Source of the DNA: Patescibacteria group bacterium
Lineage (GTDB): Bacteria > Patescibacteriota > JACPGU01
NCBI GenBank assembly: GCA_022703645.1
Contig: JAKLDG010000001.1
Coordinates: forward strand, 338,814-402,813
Length of the DNA stretch: 64,000 nucleotides
Direction of reading: 5' to 3'
Shown: one piece after another, positions 25,048 through 34,530 of the stretch
Numbering within the stretch: position 1 is the stretch's first letter
Layout: each line of letters starts with the position of its first letter
The notes under the pieces: generated by a model
Told to the model about the DNA's origin: nothing
Seen by the model: only the letters and a program-made list of their open reading frames with translations
The model's database searches: none
Made by a program: the position numbers and the translations under genes

Positions 25048-26397
25048 ATGATTAAAGTATATAATACACTTTCAAGGTCTAAAGAAGAATTCAAACCTAT
25101 CGAAGAAGGTGAAGTTGGCATCTATTCTTGTGGACCTACGGTTTACAACTTTGTTCACATTGGGAACTTAAGAGCATATATTTTTGCTGATATATTGCAC
25201 AGAACTTTCCTTTACAACGGATATAAGGTGAAACACATAATGAATATTACTGATGTTGATGATAAAACGATTCGTGATTCTCGATCCAATGGGTTGACAC
25301 TAAAAGATTTTACAGACAGATATACTACGAGTTTCTTTGAAGATTTAGAAAAATTAAATATTAATAAAGAAGAATATATCTTTCCACGCGCAACTGAAAA
25401 TATTGATGGTATGGTGAAACTAATCAAGAAGCTTTTGGATAAAGGGTTTGCTTATAAAGCAGAAGATGGATCAATATATTTTGCTATTTCGAAATTCAAA
25501 GACTATGGTAAACTGTCCGGTGTCGATTTTGAACGCGACACTAAATCGAGAATATCAAATGATGAATATGCAAAAGATGAGGCGCATGATTTTGCTCTTT
25601 GGAAGGCTTGGGACGAGAAAGATGGGGATGTTTTTTGGGAAACAGATATTGGTAAAGGTAGGCCCGGTTGGCACATAGAGTGTTCAGTAATGTCTGAGGA
25701 TAACCTTGGACAGCCCTTTGATATTCATACTGGTGGAATTGATCTTATATTCCCTCATCATGAGAATGAGATTGCGCAATCTGAAGCTGCTAATGAAAAA
25801 ACTTTTGTAAATTATTGGATGCACAATGAAATGTTAATGGTTGATGGACAAAAGATGAGCAAGTCACTAAAAAACGATTACCGACTGAATGATATTATTG
25901 AAAAAGGTTATGAACCCTTAGTTTTTCGCTATTTAATGCTTTTTACGGGATATAATCAGAAACTTAACTTTACCTGGGATGCTCTAGAAGCGGCAAAAAA
26001 TGGTCTGGGCAATCTAAAAAATAAGATTTTATTATTAGGAAATGATATAGGGGAGGTTAGCGCAAGTCTTGTTGATGATTTCAAAAATGAGATTAACGAT
26101 GATCTTAATACTCCGAAGGCTCTCGCAGTCCTACAGGAAGTCTTGAAATCAGATATTACAAATGCGGATAAGCTCGCAACGGTTCTTGATTTTGATAAAG
26201 TTTTAGGATTACGGCTCGATGAAGTAAAATCAGAAACCATCGATATTCCGGAGGATGTGATTAAATTTGCAGAAGATAGAAAAAATGCTAAACAGGAAAA
26301 AAACTTTGAGCTTGCAGATAGTCTTCGCGCAAAGATAAGCGAAGCCGGATATGAGGTAGAAGATACGAAAGATGGTTATAGGGTTGTGAGAAGATAG
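25048..26397 (+). CDS. cysS: Cysteinyl-tRNA synthetase
   Basis: CGPTVYNFVHIGNLR (HIGH) and KMSKS motifs. Confidence 0.95.
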   Translation: MIKVYNTLSRSKEEFKPIEEGEVGIYSCGPTVYNFVHIGNLRAYIFADILHRTFLYNGYKVKHIMNITDVDDKTIRDSRSNGLTLKDFTDRYTTSFFEDLEKLNINKEEYIFPRATENIDGMVKLIKKLLDKGFAYKAEDGSIYFAISKFKDYGKLSGVDFERDTKSRISNDEYAKDEAHDFALWKAWDEKDGDVFWETDIGKGRPGWHIECSVMSEDNLGQPFDIHTGGIDLIFPHHENEIAQSEAANEKTFVNYWMHNEMLMVDGQKMSKSLKNDYRLNDIIEKGYEPLVFRYLMLFTGYNQKLNFTWDALEAAKNGLGNLKNKILLLGNDIGEVSASLVDDFKNEINDDLNTPKALAVLQEVLKSDITNADKLATVLDFDKVLGLRLDEVKSETIDIPEDVIKFAEDRKNAKQEKNFELADSLRAKISEAGYEVEDTKDGYRVVRR

Positions 26398-26464
26398 ATA
26401 CATTTGTAATTTGTCATTCAAATCCATTATGCTATAATCAAGCTATTAGAAATAAACAAAAACT

Positions 26465-26857
26465 ATGCCAACAAAAACCATAAAGAAAAAAAAGAAAGTC
26501 GCCATACTTGAAGATGATAAAATGCTGAATAAATATCTTGCGGCGAGTTTTGCGAAAGAGGGGACTTATGATGTTTGCGCGGCGCTAAATGGGGAAGAGG
26601 GGATAGCGATGATAAAAAAAGAAATGCCTGATCTAGTGCTTTGTGATATCATAATGCCAAAGAAAAACGGTTTTGAGGTTCTTGAAGCGGCAAAAAAAGA
26701 CGCGAAAACGAAAAAAATAATTTTTATAATGTTATCAAATCTTTCCCAAGAATCTGACGTGAAACAAGCAAAAAAAATGGGGGCAAAAGATTTTTGGCTG
26801 AAAGTAGATTTCGATACGGAGGCGATAGTAAAAAAAGTTAAAGATATTTTAAAATAA
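26465..26857 (+). CDS. Single-domain response regulator (CheY-like)
   Basis: ILEDD, acceptor DLVLCDIIMP, MLSN. No output domain. Confidence 0.85.
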   Translation: MPTKTIKKKKKVAILEDDKMLNKYLAASFAKEGTYDVCAALNGEEGIAMIKKEMPDLVLCDIIMPKKNGFEVLEAAKKDAKTKKIIFIMLSNLSQESDVKQAKKMGAKDFWLKVDFDTEAIVKKVKDILK

Positions 26858-26873
26858 CTTTTTTAACTTAAAT

Positions 26874-26983
26874 AAAAAATTAAAAATCAAAGTGCAAAAA
26901 ATTGGGGTTCCTGCGGAATGATATCTAATTTTTAATTTTACATCTGTCATTTTACATTTTGATATTTACATTTTACATTGCAT
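26874..26983. repeat. Solo (cargo-less) copy of the TGTAAAATG hairpin element
   Basis: Left arm TTAAAAATCAAAGTGCAAAA, short loop, right arm CATCTGTCATTTTACATTTTGATATTTACATTTTACATTG. Confidence 0.7.
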
Positions 26984-27020
26984 GGGATAATTATTAAAAT
27001 AAAAACAAAACTTTTTAATC

Positions 27021-28724
27021 ATGTTAATTGACGAGAAAAAACTAAAATCTATTCTAATAGACGCTGGAATAGTTGACGAGGCTGCTTGGGAAGATGTGAT
27101 AAAAAACGCTCACAGATTGGAGGTCTCTCCTGAAGATATACTCCGTCAGAAAGACATTATTTCCGGTCATCTTTATTATGAAATATTGGCGAAAGGCTTG
27201 GGAGTAAAATACGTAAACTTGAAGCGCCTCGAGGTTGATGAAGGAGTTCTCGATATTTTCAATGGCGACACTGTTAATAAGTACGGCGCTATTCCATTCG
27301 AGATTTCAAAAGAAAAAGGCTTGGGCAGAGCAAAACTGAAGGTTGCTTTTACCAAACAATGGGACAAGCAGATCTTAAGAACTTTGCAAATTAAAGCAAA
27401 AAGAAAAATCGAGCCTTATTTGACAGACGATATCAGTTTCCGCTCAATATTTGTTTATTACAAAAAAGAAGTCGCCGAAAAACTGAAAGTTCTTATTGAT
27501 AAAAAATCTCACGATCATACACAGTGCGAGGACTGTTTTGATCTTCTTATGGAATACTGCTACTACACCAGACCTTCCGACATTCATGTCGAAGAATTTG
27601 CAAATAGCGGTGTGGTAAAATTCCGTATCGACGGTTTTCTCCATGATGAATTTGAAATGGCGCCGCAATTGATTCAAAAGCTGGTTGAGATAATCAAAAA
27701 ATCTTCTGAAACCACTACCGACGAAGACAATCAAACTGACGACGGAAGATTTAGCGTAGAGGTATTCGATGAAGAATTAGCTTTCCGTGTTTCAATAATA
27801 CCGACTTATTTTGGTGAAAAAGTTTGTCTCAGAGTTCTTGATGATTCCAAACAAAAATTATCTTTGCACGATCTGGGTTTCAACGACTCGGATATTGTGA
27901 TGCTGAAAAAAGAATTCGAAAAACCTTATGGACTAATATTAATCAATGGTCCAACCGGCAGCGGCAAATCTACGACACTTTATTCTGTTTTGAAATTTTT
28001 GAATATTGAAGGCACCAGTATTGCGACAATCGAGGATCCGGTGGAATATCCGATCAAGCATATTAATCAAAGCCAAGTGGATGAGGAAAATGGGTTTACC
28101 TTTTCGCGAGGGTTGAAAGAGCTTCTACGCCAAGATCCTGATATTGTGGTGATTGGCGAAATACGCGACAATGAGACTGCTAGCATCGCCGTAAACGCCG
28201 CTCTGACGGGTCATATAGTGCTATCAACTATTCATTCGAATACTGCCGTAGGGACGATTTCAAGACTGGAGAATATGGGAATTCCAAACTATCTTCTATC
28301 CCCAACGCTCGACTTGGCGATTTCGCAAAGATTGATAAAGAAAATGTGTATTTATTGCCGGGAAAGTTTCACACCGGAGAAAAAATACCTTGATAAATTG
28401 GATCGCGATGTTGGGGTTTACGCATCTCTCGCAAAACTGAAAAAAATGGGGCTGATTAGTTATAAAACCTACAAAGACATTATTTTATTCAAAAACCATG
28501 GCTGTCCAAGATGCGGGGGCAAAGGTTTTACCGGTAGAATCGGTGTATTTGAAATTTTGAATAGCAACAAAGACATTCAAGAAATGATTTTGACCGGTAA
28601 AAGTGAATCACAGATCGCAAAACATGCCGAAAGCCAAGGAATGCTGACGATGTTTGAAGATGGACTTTTGAAGGCTCTAAACGGCATGACAACGATTGAA
28701 GCAGTAATAGATGTGGTCAGGTAA
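27021..28724 (+). CDS. pilB: Type IV pilus / type II secretion assembly ATPase (GspE/PilB family)
   Basis: T2SSE_N-like N-terminus, Walker A GPTGSGKSTT, Walker B DPDIVVIGEIRD, tetra-Cys CIYC...CPRCGGKG. Confidence 0.9.
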   Translation: MLIDEKKLKSILIDAGIVDEAAWEDVIKNAHRLEVSPEDILRQKDIISGHLYYEILAKGLGVKYVNLKRLEVDEGVLDIFNGDTVNKYGAIPFEISKEKGLGRAKLKVAFTKQWDKQILRTLQIKAKRKIEPYLTDDISFRSIFVYYKKEVAEKLKVLIDKKSHDHTQCEDCFDLLMEYCYYTRPSDIHVEEFANSGVVKFRIDGFLHDEFEMAPQLIQKLVEIIKKSSETTTDEDNQTDDGRFSVEVFDEELAFRVSIIPTYFGEKVCLRVLDDSKQKLSLHDLGFNDSDIVMLKKEFEKPYGLILINGPTGSGKSTTLYSVLKFLNIEGTSIATIEDPVEYPIKHINQSQVDEENGFTFSRGLKELLRQDPDIVVIGEIRDNETASIAVNAALTGHIVLSTIHSNTAVGTISRLENMGIPNYLLSPTLDLAISQRLIKKMCIYCRESFTPEKKYLDKLDRDVGVYASLAKLKKMGLISYKTYKDIILFKNHGCPRCGGKGFTGRIGVFEILNSNKDIQEMILTGKSESQIAKHAESQGMLTMFEDGLLKALNGMTTIEAVIDVVR

Positions 28725-28763
28725 GGGTCCAATTTTTAATTTTATAATTTTTAATTTTTAAAA

Positions 28764-28889
28764 TTGTCTAAAAAAACACGTACCAAAACCAAAACTTCAA
28801 CCATAACTGGTGTTCAAATGGGGCTTCTCATTTCGACTATTTTTATTATAGTTGGACTTTTTTATGCTGTTTTTAGCTTTTTTCAATAA
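28764..28889 (+). CDS. Possible small membrane protein (41 aa from TTG, or 23 aa from the ATG at 28818)
   Basis: Open frame with basic N-terminus KKTRTKTKT and one TM, LLISTIFIIVGLFYAVFSFF. Below the ORF-track size cutoff. Confidence 0.25.
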   Translation: MSKKTRTKTKTSTITGVQMGLLISTIFIIVGLFYAVFSFFQ

Positions 28890-28897
28890 AATAACAG

Positions 28898-29383
28898 CTA
28901 ATTTAGAAATATTAGAGCTATATTAATCATGATCTCGTAAATAATAACTATCAGATAGGGGACTAAAAGCAGTTCTGCTATTTCTGATATTTTTGAAAAT
29001 TTATATATAGTTAACGCGATAAAAACCAATAAAAGAATTAGGATAATTAAGCTCGCTCCCAAGGATCCTGCGACAAATAGTGATAGCGCAACCATCATAT
29101 TCAGAACGAACTGAGCTATGAAATATGGCATTGCATGAGAAATCTCTTTTGATTTATGATTTTGAACTAAAACAAAAAACAGAGACAGTCCCATCATTAT
29201 GTATATCACAACCCAGATGGAACTCAACGCCCAAGCAGGAGGCATAAAAAATGGCGTATTAGTCTCAGCATACCAGGCGGCTCTATGCGGAATAGCAAAG
29301 ACCGCGCCAAAAAAGGCTGGTATTTGGCATATCAGCATGCTCGAGAGTAATTTTGTACCAATCATTAGCCGGCTATTTTCCAT
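28898..29383 (-). CDS. TspO/MBR-family membrane protein
   Basis: Five TM segments. WYAETNTPFFMPPAWALSSIWVVIY is typical of TspO. Confidence 0.65.
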   Translation of the reverse strand: MENSRLMIGTKLLSSMLICQIPAFFGAVFAIPHRAAWYAETNTPFFMPPAWALSSIWVVIYIMMGLSLFFVLVQNHKSKEISHAMPYFIAQFVLNMMVALSLFVAGSLGASLIILILLLVFIALTIYKFSKISEIAELLLVPYLIVIIYEIMINIALIFLN

Positions 29384-29422
29384 GTTCTGAAATATTACTG
29401 CTAATTAAACGAAAAGAAGACC

Positions 29423-29647
29423 TCATAAATCGAGGTCTTCTTCGTTGAATTTTAGTTGGAATGAACCTTCTTTTATAATTCTGCCACCGCCGTTTATGCC
29501 ACGAACTAATGTCGCATCATTTAGTTCGATATCGAATTGTTTGGGAGTCCAAGGATGATCTTCCCCAGTTAATTCAAGCGCAGCCTTCTTAATTGCTTCC
29601 CACCCAGGTTGAAATTCATCTTCTTTTTGGGTGTTAGTGTTTTTCAT
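29423..29647 (-). CDS. Hypothetical small protein
   Basis: Intact ORF with GGAGG upstream. No family recognised. Confidence 0.4.
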   Translation of the reverse strand: MKNTNTQKEDEFQPGWEAIKKAALELTGEDHPWTPKQFDIELNDATLVRGINGGGRIIKEGSFQLKFNEEDLDL

Positions 29648-29668
29648 AGGCGTTCCTCCTAATTTTTT

Positions 29669-30085
29669 TTAACTCTTTGTTACCGGTCCATTTTGCAACT
29701 CAAATGGTAAAAATTCCTGTCCAAAAGGATCATTGTTACCAACTGATCCATTCAACCTCATATCTTGATTAATAGGCTTTTGCTCTCCAATAGTTACAGC
29801 GCCGCTTTTGATAACCATAAAGGCTATTGCGGCAATAACCATCAGAAGCACTACAAAACTTGCGATATTCGCCAAGATATTTTTGAATTTCAGCATTGAT
29901 AATCCCAAAAAAACGATCAGAATTGGCCAGAGCTTCCACCATTGGATATCGATATTGAGACTTAGCAAACCGGTGTTTTGTCCTAAAAGTATTAAACCGA
30001 TACCAATAATTAGGATACCGATCAACCATCTATTTGGTGAAAACCCACGATCATGATTACAATTTTCGTTGCATTGATGAGTCAT
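29669..30085 (-). CDS. LiaI/LiaF-like (DUF5668-type) membrane protein
   Basis: WLIGILIIGIGLILLGQNTGLL and further TM helices. Adjacent to the PspC-domain gene. Confidence 0.5.
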   Translation of the reverse strand: MTHQCNENCNHDRGFSPNRWLIGILIIGIGLILLGQNTGLLSLNIDIQWWKLWPILIVFLGLSMLKFKNILANIASFVVLLMVIAAIAFMVIKSGAVTIGEQKPINQDMRLNGSVGNNDPFGQEFLPFELQNGPVTKS

Positions 30086-30089
30086 TTTT

Positions 30090-30548
30090 TTATTTTTTAA
30101 AAATAATTGCTACGCCTAATAAAATAATAATCAATGGAAGGAAGATATCCCAAATATTCCAATTAAGAAATTGCTGAAGGAGCAATCCCACACCAATAAA
30201 AATCAGTATAACTGCCACAATATTGCGAGTCTTGGAATAATCTATCTCGCGGTTTTGGGTTTTGATTTCTTTTGCTATATCATTCACTTTGTCTTTTACA
30301 TCCTGCCCAAAATCCTTCAGCTTTTCTTTGATTTCCGGTTCTTTCGCATCAACAGCATCTTCTTCCGGTACAAAAATCGCTAAAAGAATATAAATAATAA
30401 TTCCAACGCCACTAAATAATATTAATAAAACAAAAATGACACGAACCAAAGTTGAGTCCATGTCAAAAAATTCGGCTAATCCTCCGCAAACGCCTAAAAA
30501 AATTCGGTCTTTTTTACTGCGAAATAAAGTTTTCGATTCTTTTTTCAT
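30090..30548 (-). CDS. PspC-domain membrane protein
   Basis: LFRSKKDRIFLGVCGGLAEFFDMDSTLVRVIFVLL. Confidence 0.8.
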   Translation of the reverse strand: MKKESKTLFRSKKDRIFLGVCGGLAEFFDMDSTLVRVIFVLLILFSGVGIIIYILLAIFVPEEDAVDAKEPEIKEKLKDFGQDVKDKVNDIAKEIKTQNREIDYSKTRNIVAVILIFIGVGLLLQQFLNWNIWDIFLPLIIILLGVAIIFKK

Positions 30549-30573
30549 AGTTTTATTATTATATCATAAAAAC

Positions 30574-30682
30574 ATATCAAAATGCAAATATCAAAGTGTA
30601 AAATGACAAATTAAAATTAAAAATGTATAATATGCCAAAGGCATACCAAAATTTTACATTTTGATTTTTAAATTTTAAATTT
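30574..30682. repeat. Solo copy of the TGTAAAATG hairpin element with GC mini-hairpin core
   Basis: Left arm ...ATCAAAGTGTAAAATGACAAATTAAAATTAAAAATG, core TATGCC-AAA-GGCATACC, right arm AAAATTTTACATTTTGATTTTTAAATTTT. Confidence 0.7.
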
Positions 30683-30685
30683 ATC

Positions 30686-31450
30686 ATGAAGATTATTTCT
30701 TTCAATATTAACGGCATCAACTCGGCCATCAAATATGGTTTGCGGGATTTTATATCTCTAGAAAATGCCGATATCTACTTGTTCCAAGAAGTAAAAAATT
30801 CCTGGGATACTATTGATGACTCTTTGCGGAAAATTCCGGGTTACGAAACATATTTTTACCAAGCAGCAAAAAAAGGATATTCCGGACTTCTTGCATACGT
30901 GAAAACGAAGAACAAACCAATCGGATACAAGGAGGGTATAGGGTTTAGGGTTATAGACGAACAAGCGAGAGTGCAGACATTAGAATTCCAGGATTATTAT
31001 TTAGTTAATACCTATCTACCACATTCAGGAAGGGAACTTGAGAAACTTCCATTCAAACGTGAAGTAAACGAAAAATTCCTCGAATACTGTGAGTCTTTGA
31101 AAAAGAAAAAGCCACTTATAATTGCAGGGGATCTGAATGTTGCGCACAAAGATATTGATCTCGCCAATCCTCGCGCCAATATGGGAAACGCCGGATTTAC
31201 GACGGATGAGAGAGATTTTTTCGATAAATTCTTATCCCACGGATATATCGATACATTCCGCGAATTTGTAAAAGAAAATGGCCACTATACCTGGTGGAGC
31301 TGGCGGACAGGGGTACGCGAAAGAAATATCGGTTGGCGCATTGATTATTTTCTCGTCTCTGAAAATATTTCAAAACGAGTGAAAAAGAGTTGGATTCTGA
31401 AAGACATTCTCGGATCCGATCATTGCCCGATAGGATTAGAAATCCTGTAG
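30686..31450 (+). CDS. xth: Exodeoxyribonuclease III
   Basis: FNINGI, LFQEVK, GDLNVAH, SDHCPI. Confidence 0.9.
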   Translation: MKIISFNINGINSAIKYGLRDFISLENADIYLFQEVKNSWDTIDDSLRKIPGYETYFYQAAKKGYSGLLAYVKTKNKPIGYKEGIGFRVIDEQARVQTLEFQDYYLVNTYLPHSGRELEKLPFKREVNEKFLEYCESLKKKKPLIIAGDLNVAHKDIDLANPRANMGNAGFTTDERDFFDKFLSHGYIDTFREFVKENGHYTWWSWRTGVRERNIGWRIDYFLVSENISKRVKKSWILKDILGSDHCPIGLEIL

Positions 31451-31502
31451 GGGCGCAAAATTTTAAGCCCTTTTTTTGGGGCGTTATGTGTAGCATTCCT
31501 AC
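31447..31502. repeat. Degenerate GTAGGGGC-family element overlapping the xth stop codon
   Basis: GTAGGGGCGCAAAATTTTAAGCCCTTTTTTTGGGGCGTTATGTGTAGCATTCCTAC. The xth TAG stop lies inside GTAGGGG. Confidence 0.6.
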
Positions 31503-31626
31503 AAAACCGTTCTTTCTTTGGCTTTTATAACGTAAAATTAACCATGCGCTTTATATTGGACTTTTTTTAAATTTAGCATAGAATAGGAGATAAGAAAACA
31601 AAAAAGCAATAAATCAATAAATCAAA

Positions 31627-33006
31627 ATGTCTATGCCTAAAACGAATTTGAAATTTGTTTGTAATAATTGCGGGGCGGAGTTCCTTCGCTGGCAGGGGAA
31701 ATGCTCAGCATGTAATGAATGGGAAACCCTCGAAGAAATTAAAATTTCTTCTCGAGTTCAAAGTTCAAAGTTAAAAGTTCAAAGTGGCGGTGTTGCTGCG
31801 CAACTTATTTCTTTAGATAAAGTTGATAGTAAAAATTTTGAAAGAATCAAAACTAATATAAGTGAATTTGACCGCGTGCTTGGCGGGGGGATCGTACTCG
31901 GTTCGCTGGTTCTCTTAGGTGGAGATCCGGGGATAGGAAAGAGTACTTTGCTTCTCCAATCTCTCGTTGGAATTTCACAAAATAAAAGTCTGACGAAAAT
32001 TCTTTACGTCAGCGGCGAAGAATCAGCGCAACAAATAAAGCTTCGCGCGGAAAGACTGAAAATTAAAAATGAAAAGATATTTCTGCTTGCTGAAAGCGAT
32101 CTGGAATCAATCCTTGCAACTATTGAAATGGAAAAACCAAACCTGGTTATTATTGATTCTATTCAAACCGTATATTCCGATCAAATTGCTTCCGCGTCAG
32201 GCAGTATAGTACAGGTGAAAAACGCTACCGAGTCCCTGATGCGCGTTGCAAAAGCCACGAATGTGCCGATTTTTATTATCGGACATGTGACAAAAGATGG
32301 GGGGATAGCGGGTCCAAAAACGCTTGAGCATCTTGTTGATGTTGTTCTTTACCTCGAAGGAGACCGCTATCAATCTTTCCGAATCCTGCGCGGGATAAAA
32401 AATAGATTTGGCAAAACTTCCGAGGTTGGAATATTTGAAATGGAAGAAAATGGCATGACTGAAGTTGCAAATCCTTCAAAGGTTTTTCTCGAAGAACGTC
32501 TTGAAGGGGCGAGCGGTGTTGCAGTTAGTTCGATTATCGAGGGTAACCGTCCGTTTCTGGTTGAAATTCAAGCATTGTGTTCCAAGAGTTATTTTGGTTA
32601 TCCAAAAAGAACGTCTTCAGGAATCGATTTAAATAGATTGAATTTGTTAATTGCAATTATTGAAAAACGCGTGGGTGTGGATATGAGTCAATTTGATTGC
32701 TATCTCAATGTTGTTGGAGGCATCAGAATTCGTGAAAATTCAGTTGACTTGGCAGCTGCTTTATCGATAATTTCGGCGGCAAAAAACAAGCCAATAGACG
32801 ACCACACAGCCATTTTCGGAGAACTCGGGCTTTCGGGCGAAATTCGCTCTATTCCAAATCTGGAAAAAAGAATCGAGGAGGCAATCCGCATGGGGTTTGA
32901 CAAAATAGTCATTCCGAAGCAAAATAGTCAAAGCAAATTGAAGCCTGTGGGAAAAGTGAAATTTATTGAAGTAAGAACGCTAAAAGAGTCAATGGGAAGG
33001 GTATAG
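31627..33006 (+). CDS. radA: DNA repair protein RadA/Sms
   Basis: Zinc finger CNNCG...CSACNEW, Walker A GGDPGIGKST, KNRFG motif, Lon-like C-terminus. Confidence 0.95.
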   Translation: MSMPKTNLKFVCNNCGAEFLRWQGKCSACNEWETLEEIKISSRVQSSKLKVQSGGVAAQLISLDKVDSKNFERIKTNISEFDRVLGGGIVLGSLVLLGGDPGIGKSTLLLQSLVGISQNKSLTKILYVSGEESAQQIKLRAERLKIKNEKIFLLAESDLESILATIEMEKPNLVIIDSIQTVYSDQIASASGSIVQVKNATESLMRVAKATNVPIFIIGHVTKDGGIAGPKTLEHLVDVVLYLEGDRYQSFRILRGIKNRFGKTSEVGIFEMEENGMTEVANPSKVFLEERLEGASGVAVSSIIEGNRPFLVEIQALCSKSYFGYPKRTSSGIDLNRLNLLIAIIEKRVGVDMSQFDCYLNVVGGIRIRENSVDLAAALSIISAAKNKPIDDHTAIFGELGLSGEIRSIPNLEKRIEEAIRMGFDKIVIPKQNSQSKLKPVGKVKFIEVRTLKESMGRV

Positions 33007-33025
33007 GGGATAGGGTTTAGAAAAT

Positions 33026-33343
33026 ATGGACAAAATTAGTTTTCCAATAATAATTATTATTACAACGATAGTTTCCTATATATTTATTAGGAAATATTTT
33101 AAGATGAACCCAAAATACCTTACTTACGCTGTAATTGGAATTTTCTTCGGGCTCATCTTTGGCCTGACTGTCGGCTGGCCTGCTCCCGCAATACTTGGCG
33201 CTTATGGAATGGTGATAGCGCCATATATAATGGGGATTGTTTTGATGGGTTTTGTAGAATTTTTTATAATTGATGGTGGTGGAATATTAAAATATCTTAA
33301 AAAGAAAATAGCTTCAAATGATCACAATTCTTTAATAGTTTAA
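33026..33343 (+). CDS. Hypothetical membrane protein
   Basis: Three predicted TM helices. Confidence 0.45.
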   Translation: MDKISFPIIIIITTIVSYIFIRKYFKMNPKYLTYAVIGIFFGLIFGLTVGWPAPAILGAYGMVIAPYIMGIVLMGFVEFFIIDGGGILKYLKKKIASNDHNSLIV

Positions 33344-33361
33344 TAATAATAAATATAAAAA

Positions 33362-33838
33362 ATGAAAACAAAAACACATTATTGGGCGGTTCCTTTGGCT
33401 GTCATAGCCGTAGCAGTGCTGGGCTCACTGGCAACGAATGTTGGAATGAGCTGGTATTATTCACTAAATACTCCGGACTTAACGCCACCGGGAAGCTTTA
33501 TCGGCACAATGTGGACGATAATTTTTACGCTTTCCACTATCGCGCTGATTCTTTTTTATAACTCCAAAACGCTATCCAAAGACAAAAACAAAGCATTATA
33601 TTCGGATGCCTTTATTACCAATGCCGTTTTGAATGTATTATGGAGTGTGCTTTTCTTTGGTCTTAATTCACCATTCATGGGGCTGGTTTGTATCCTGTTA
33701 TTAGAAGCTTCAAATATTTGGATAGAGGTGATATTATGGAAAAAGAATAAAATTGCTTTCGCGCTTTGGTTGGTTTATACCGCATGGGTGTTAGTAGCGA
33801 CTTATTTCAATTTTATGATATGGATACTAAATAAATAA
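33362..33838 (+). CDS. TspO/MBR-family membrane protein (second paralog)
   Basis: [25 protein letters not shown] and [11 protein letters not shown]. Confidence 0.7.
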   Translation: MKTKTHYWAVPLAVIAVAVLGSLATNVGMSWYYSLNTPDLTPPGSFIGTMWTIIFTLSTIALILFYNSKTLSKDKNKALYSDAFITNAVLNVLWSVLFFGLNSPFMGLVCILLLEASNIWIEVILWKKNKIAFALWLVYTAWVLVATYFNFMIWILNK

Positions 33839-33857
33839 TACCATTAAATTTAACTGT

Positions 33858-34400
33858 ATGTCTAAAACTCTCGCAATCATTTTCGTGCTAATAATTGGCG
33901 CCGGAATTATCATCGGCTACTTAGCTCTGAATAGTAAAAAAGTTCCTGAAGTAAAAAAAGAAGCAGTAAACAATACTGTTGCTTTGAACCCTGTTGAAGA
34001 AGAGGAACCAACTGATGATACTACAGTAGAAGAAGAGACTGCAACGACTGATTCTGATACCGCAGCAGAAGCAACGGAATTAAAAATCGAGGTGTTGAAA
34101 CAAGGGACAGGGGATGAAGTTACAAAGGTTGGCGACGGTGTCAGCGTTAATTATACCGGCACACTGGTTGATGGAACAAAATTCGATTCTTCTTATGATC
34201 GTGGAACGCCATTCAAATTCGATCTTGGGGCTGGACAGGTAATAAAAGGCTGGGACCAAGGGTTGATCGGTATGAAAGTAGGGGAGATAAGAAAACTTAC
34301 AATACCGCCTTCACTTGGTTATGGTGCAACTGGAGCAGGAAGCAAAATCCCACCAAACGCCACTTTAATATTCGAAGTTGAATTGATGGAGATAATTTAG
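33858..34400 (+). CDS. Membrane-anchored FKBP-type peptidyl-prolyl isomerase
   Basis: [38 protein letters not shown] with an N-terminal TM. Confidence 0.9.
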   Translation: MSKTLAIIFVLIIGAGIIIGYLALNSKKVPEVKKEAVNNTVALNPVEEEEPTDDTTVEEETATTDSDTAAEATELKIEVLKQGTGDEVTKVGDGVSVNYTGTLVDGTKFDSSYDRGTPFKFDLGAGQVIKGWDQGLIGMKVGEIRKLTIPPSLGYGATGAGSKIPPNATLIFEVELMEII

Positions 34401-34423
34401 GAAAGAATTATATAAATATACCG

Positions 34424-34458
34424 GAGAAAGTCAATATTTCTATTGACTTTCTTTTTAA
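34424..34458 (+). terminator. Rho-independent terminator
   Basis: GAGAAAGTCAATA-tttc-TATTGACTTTCTT plus T run. Confidence 0.7.
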
Positions 34459-34530
34459 TTTATGTTAGAATTATTCTATTCGCATATTGTGCGCGAACAT
34501 TAAATTTTATAGAAAAAGGAGAAATTGAAA

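Noticed and set aside
10108-30682. Whether the repeated AT-rich units form a CRISPR array
   Set aside because: The units are 7-9 nt tandem repeats arranged as inverted arms. There are no 25-40-nt direct repeats separated by unique spacers, and no cas genes are in the window.
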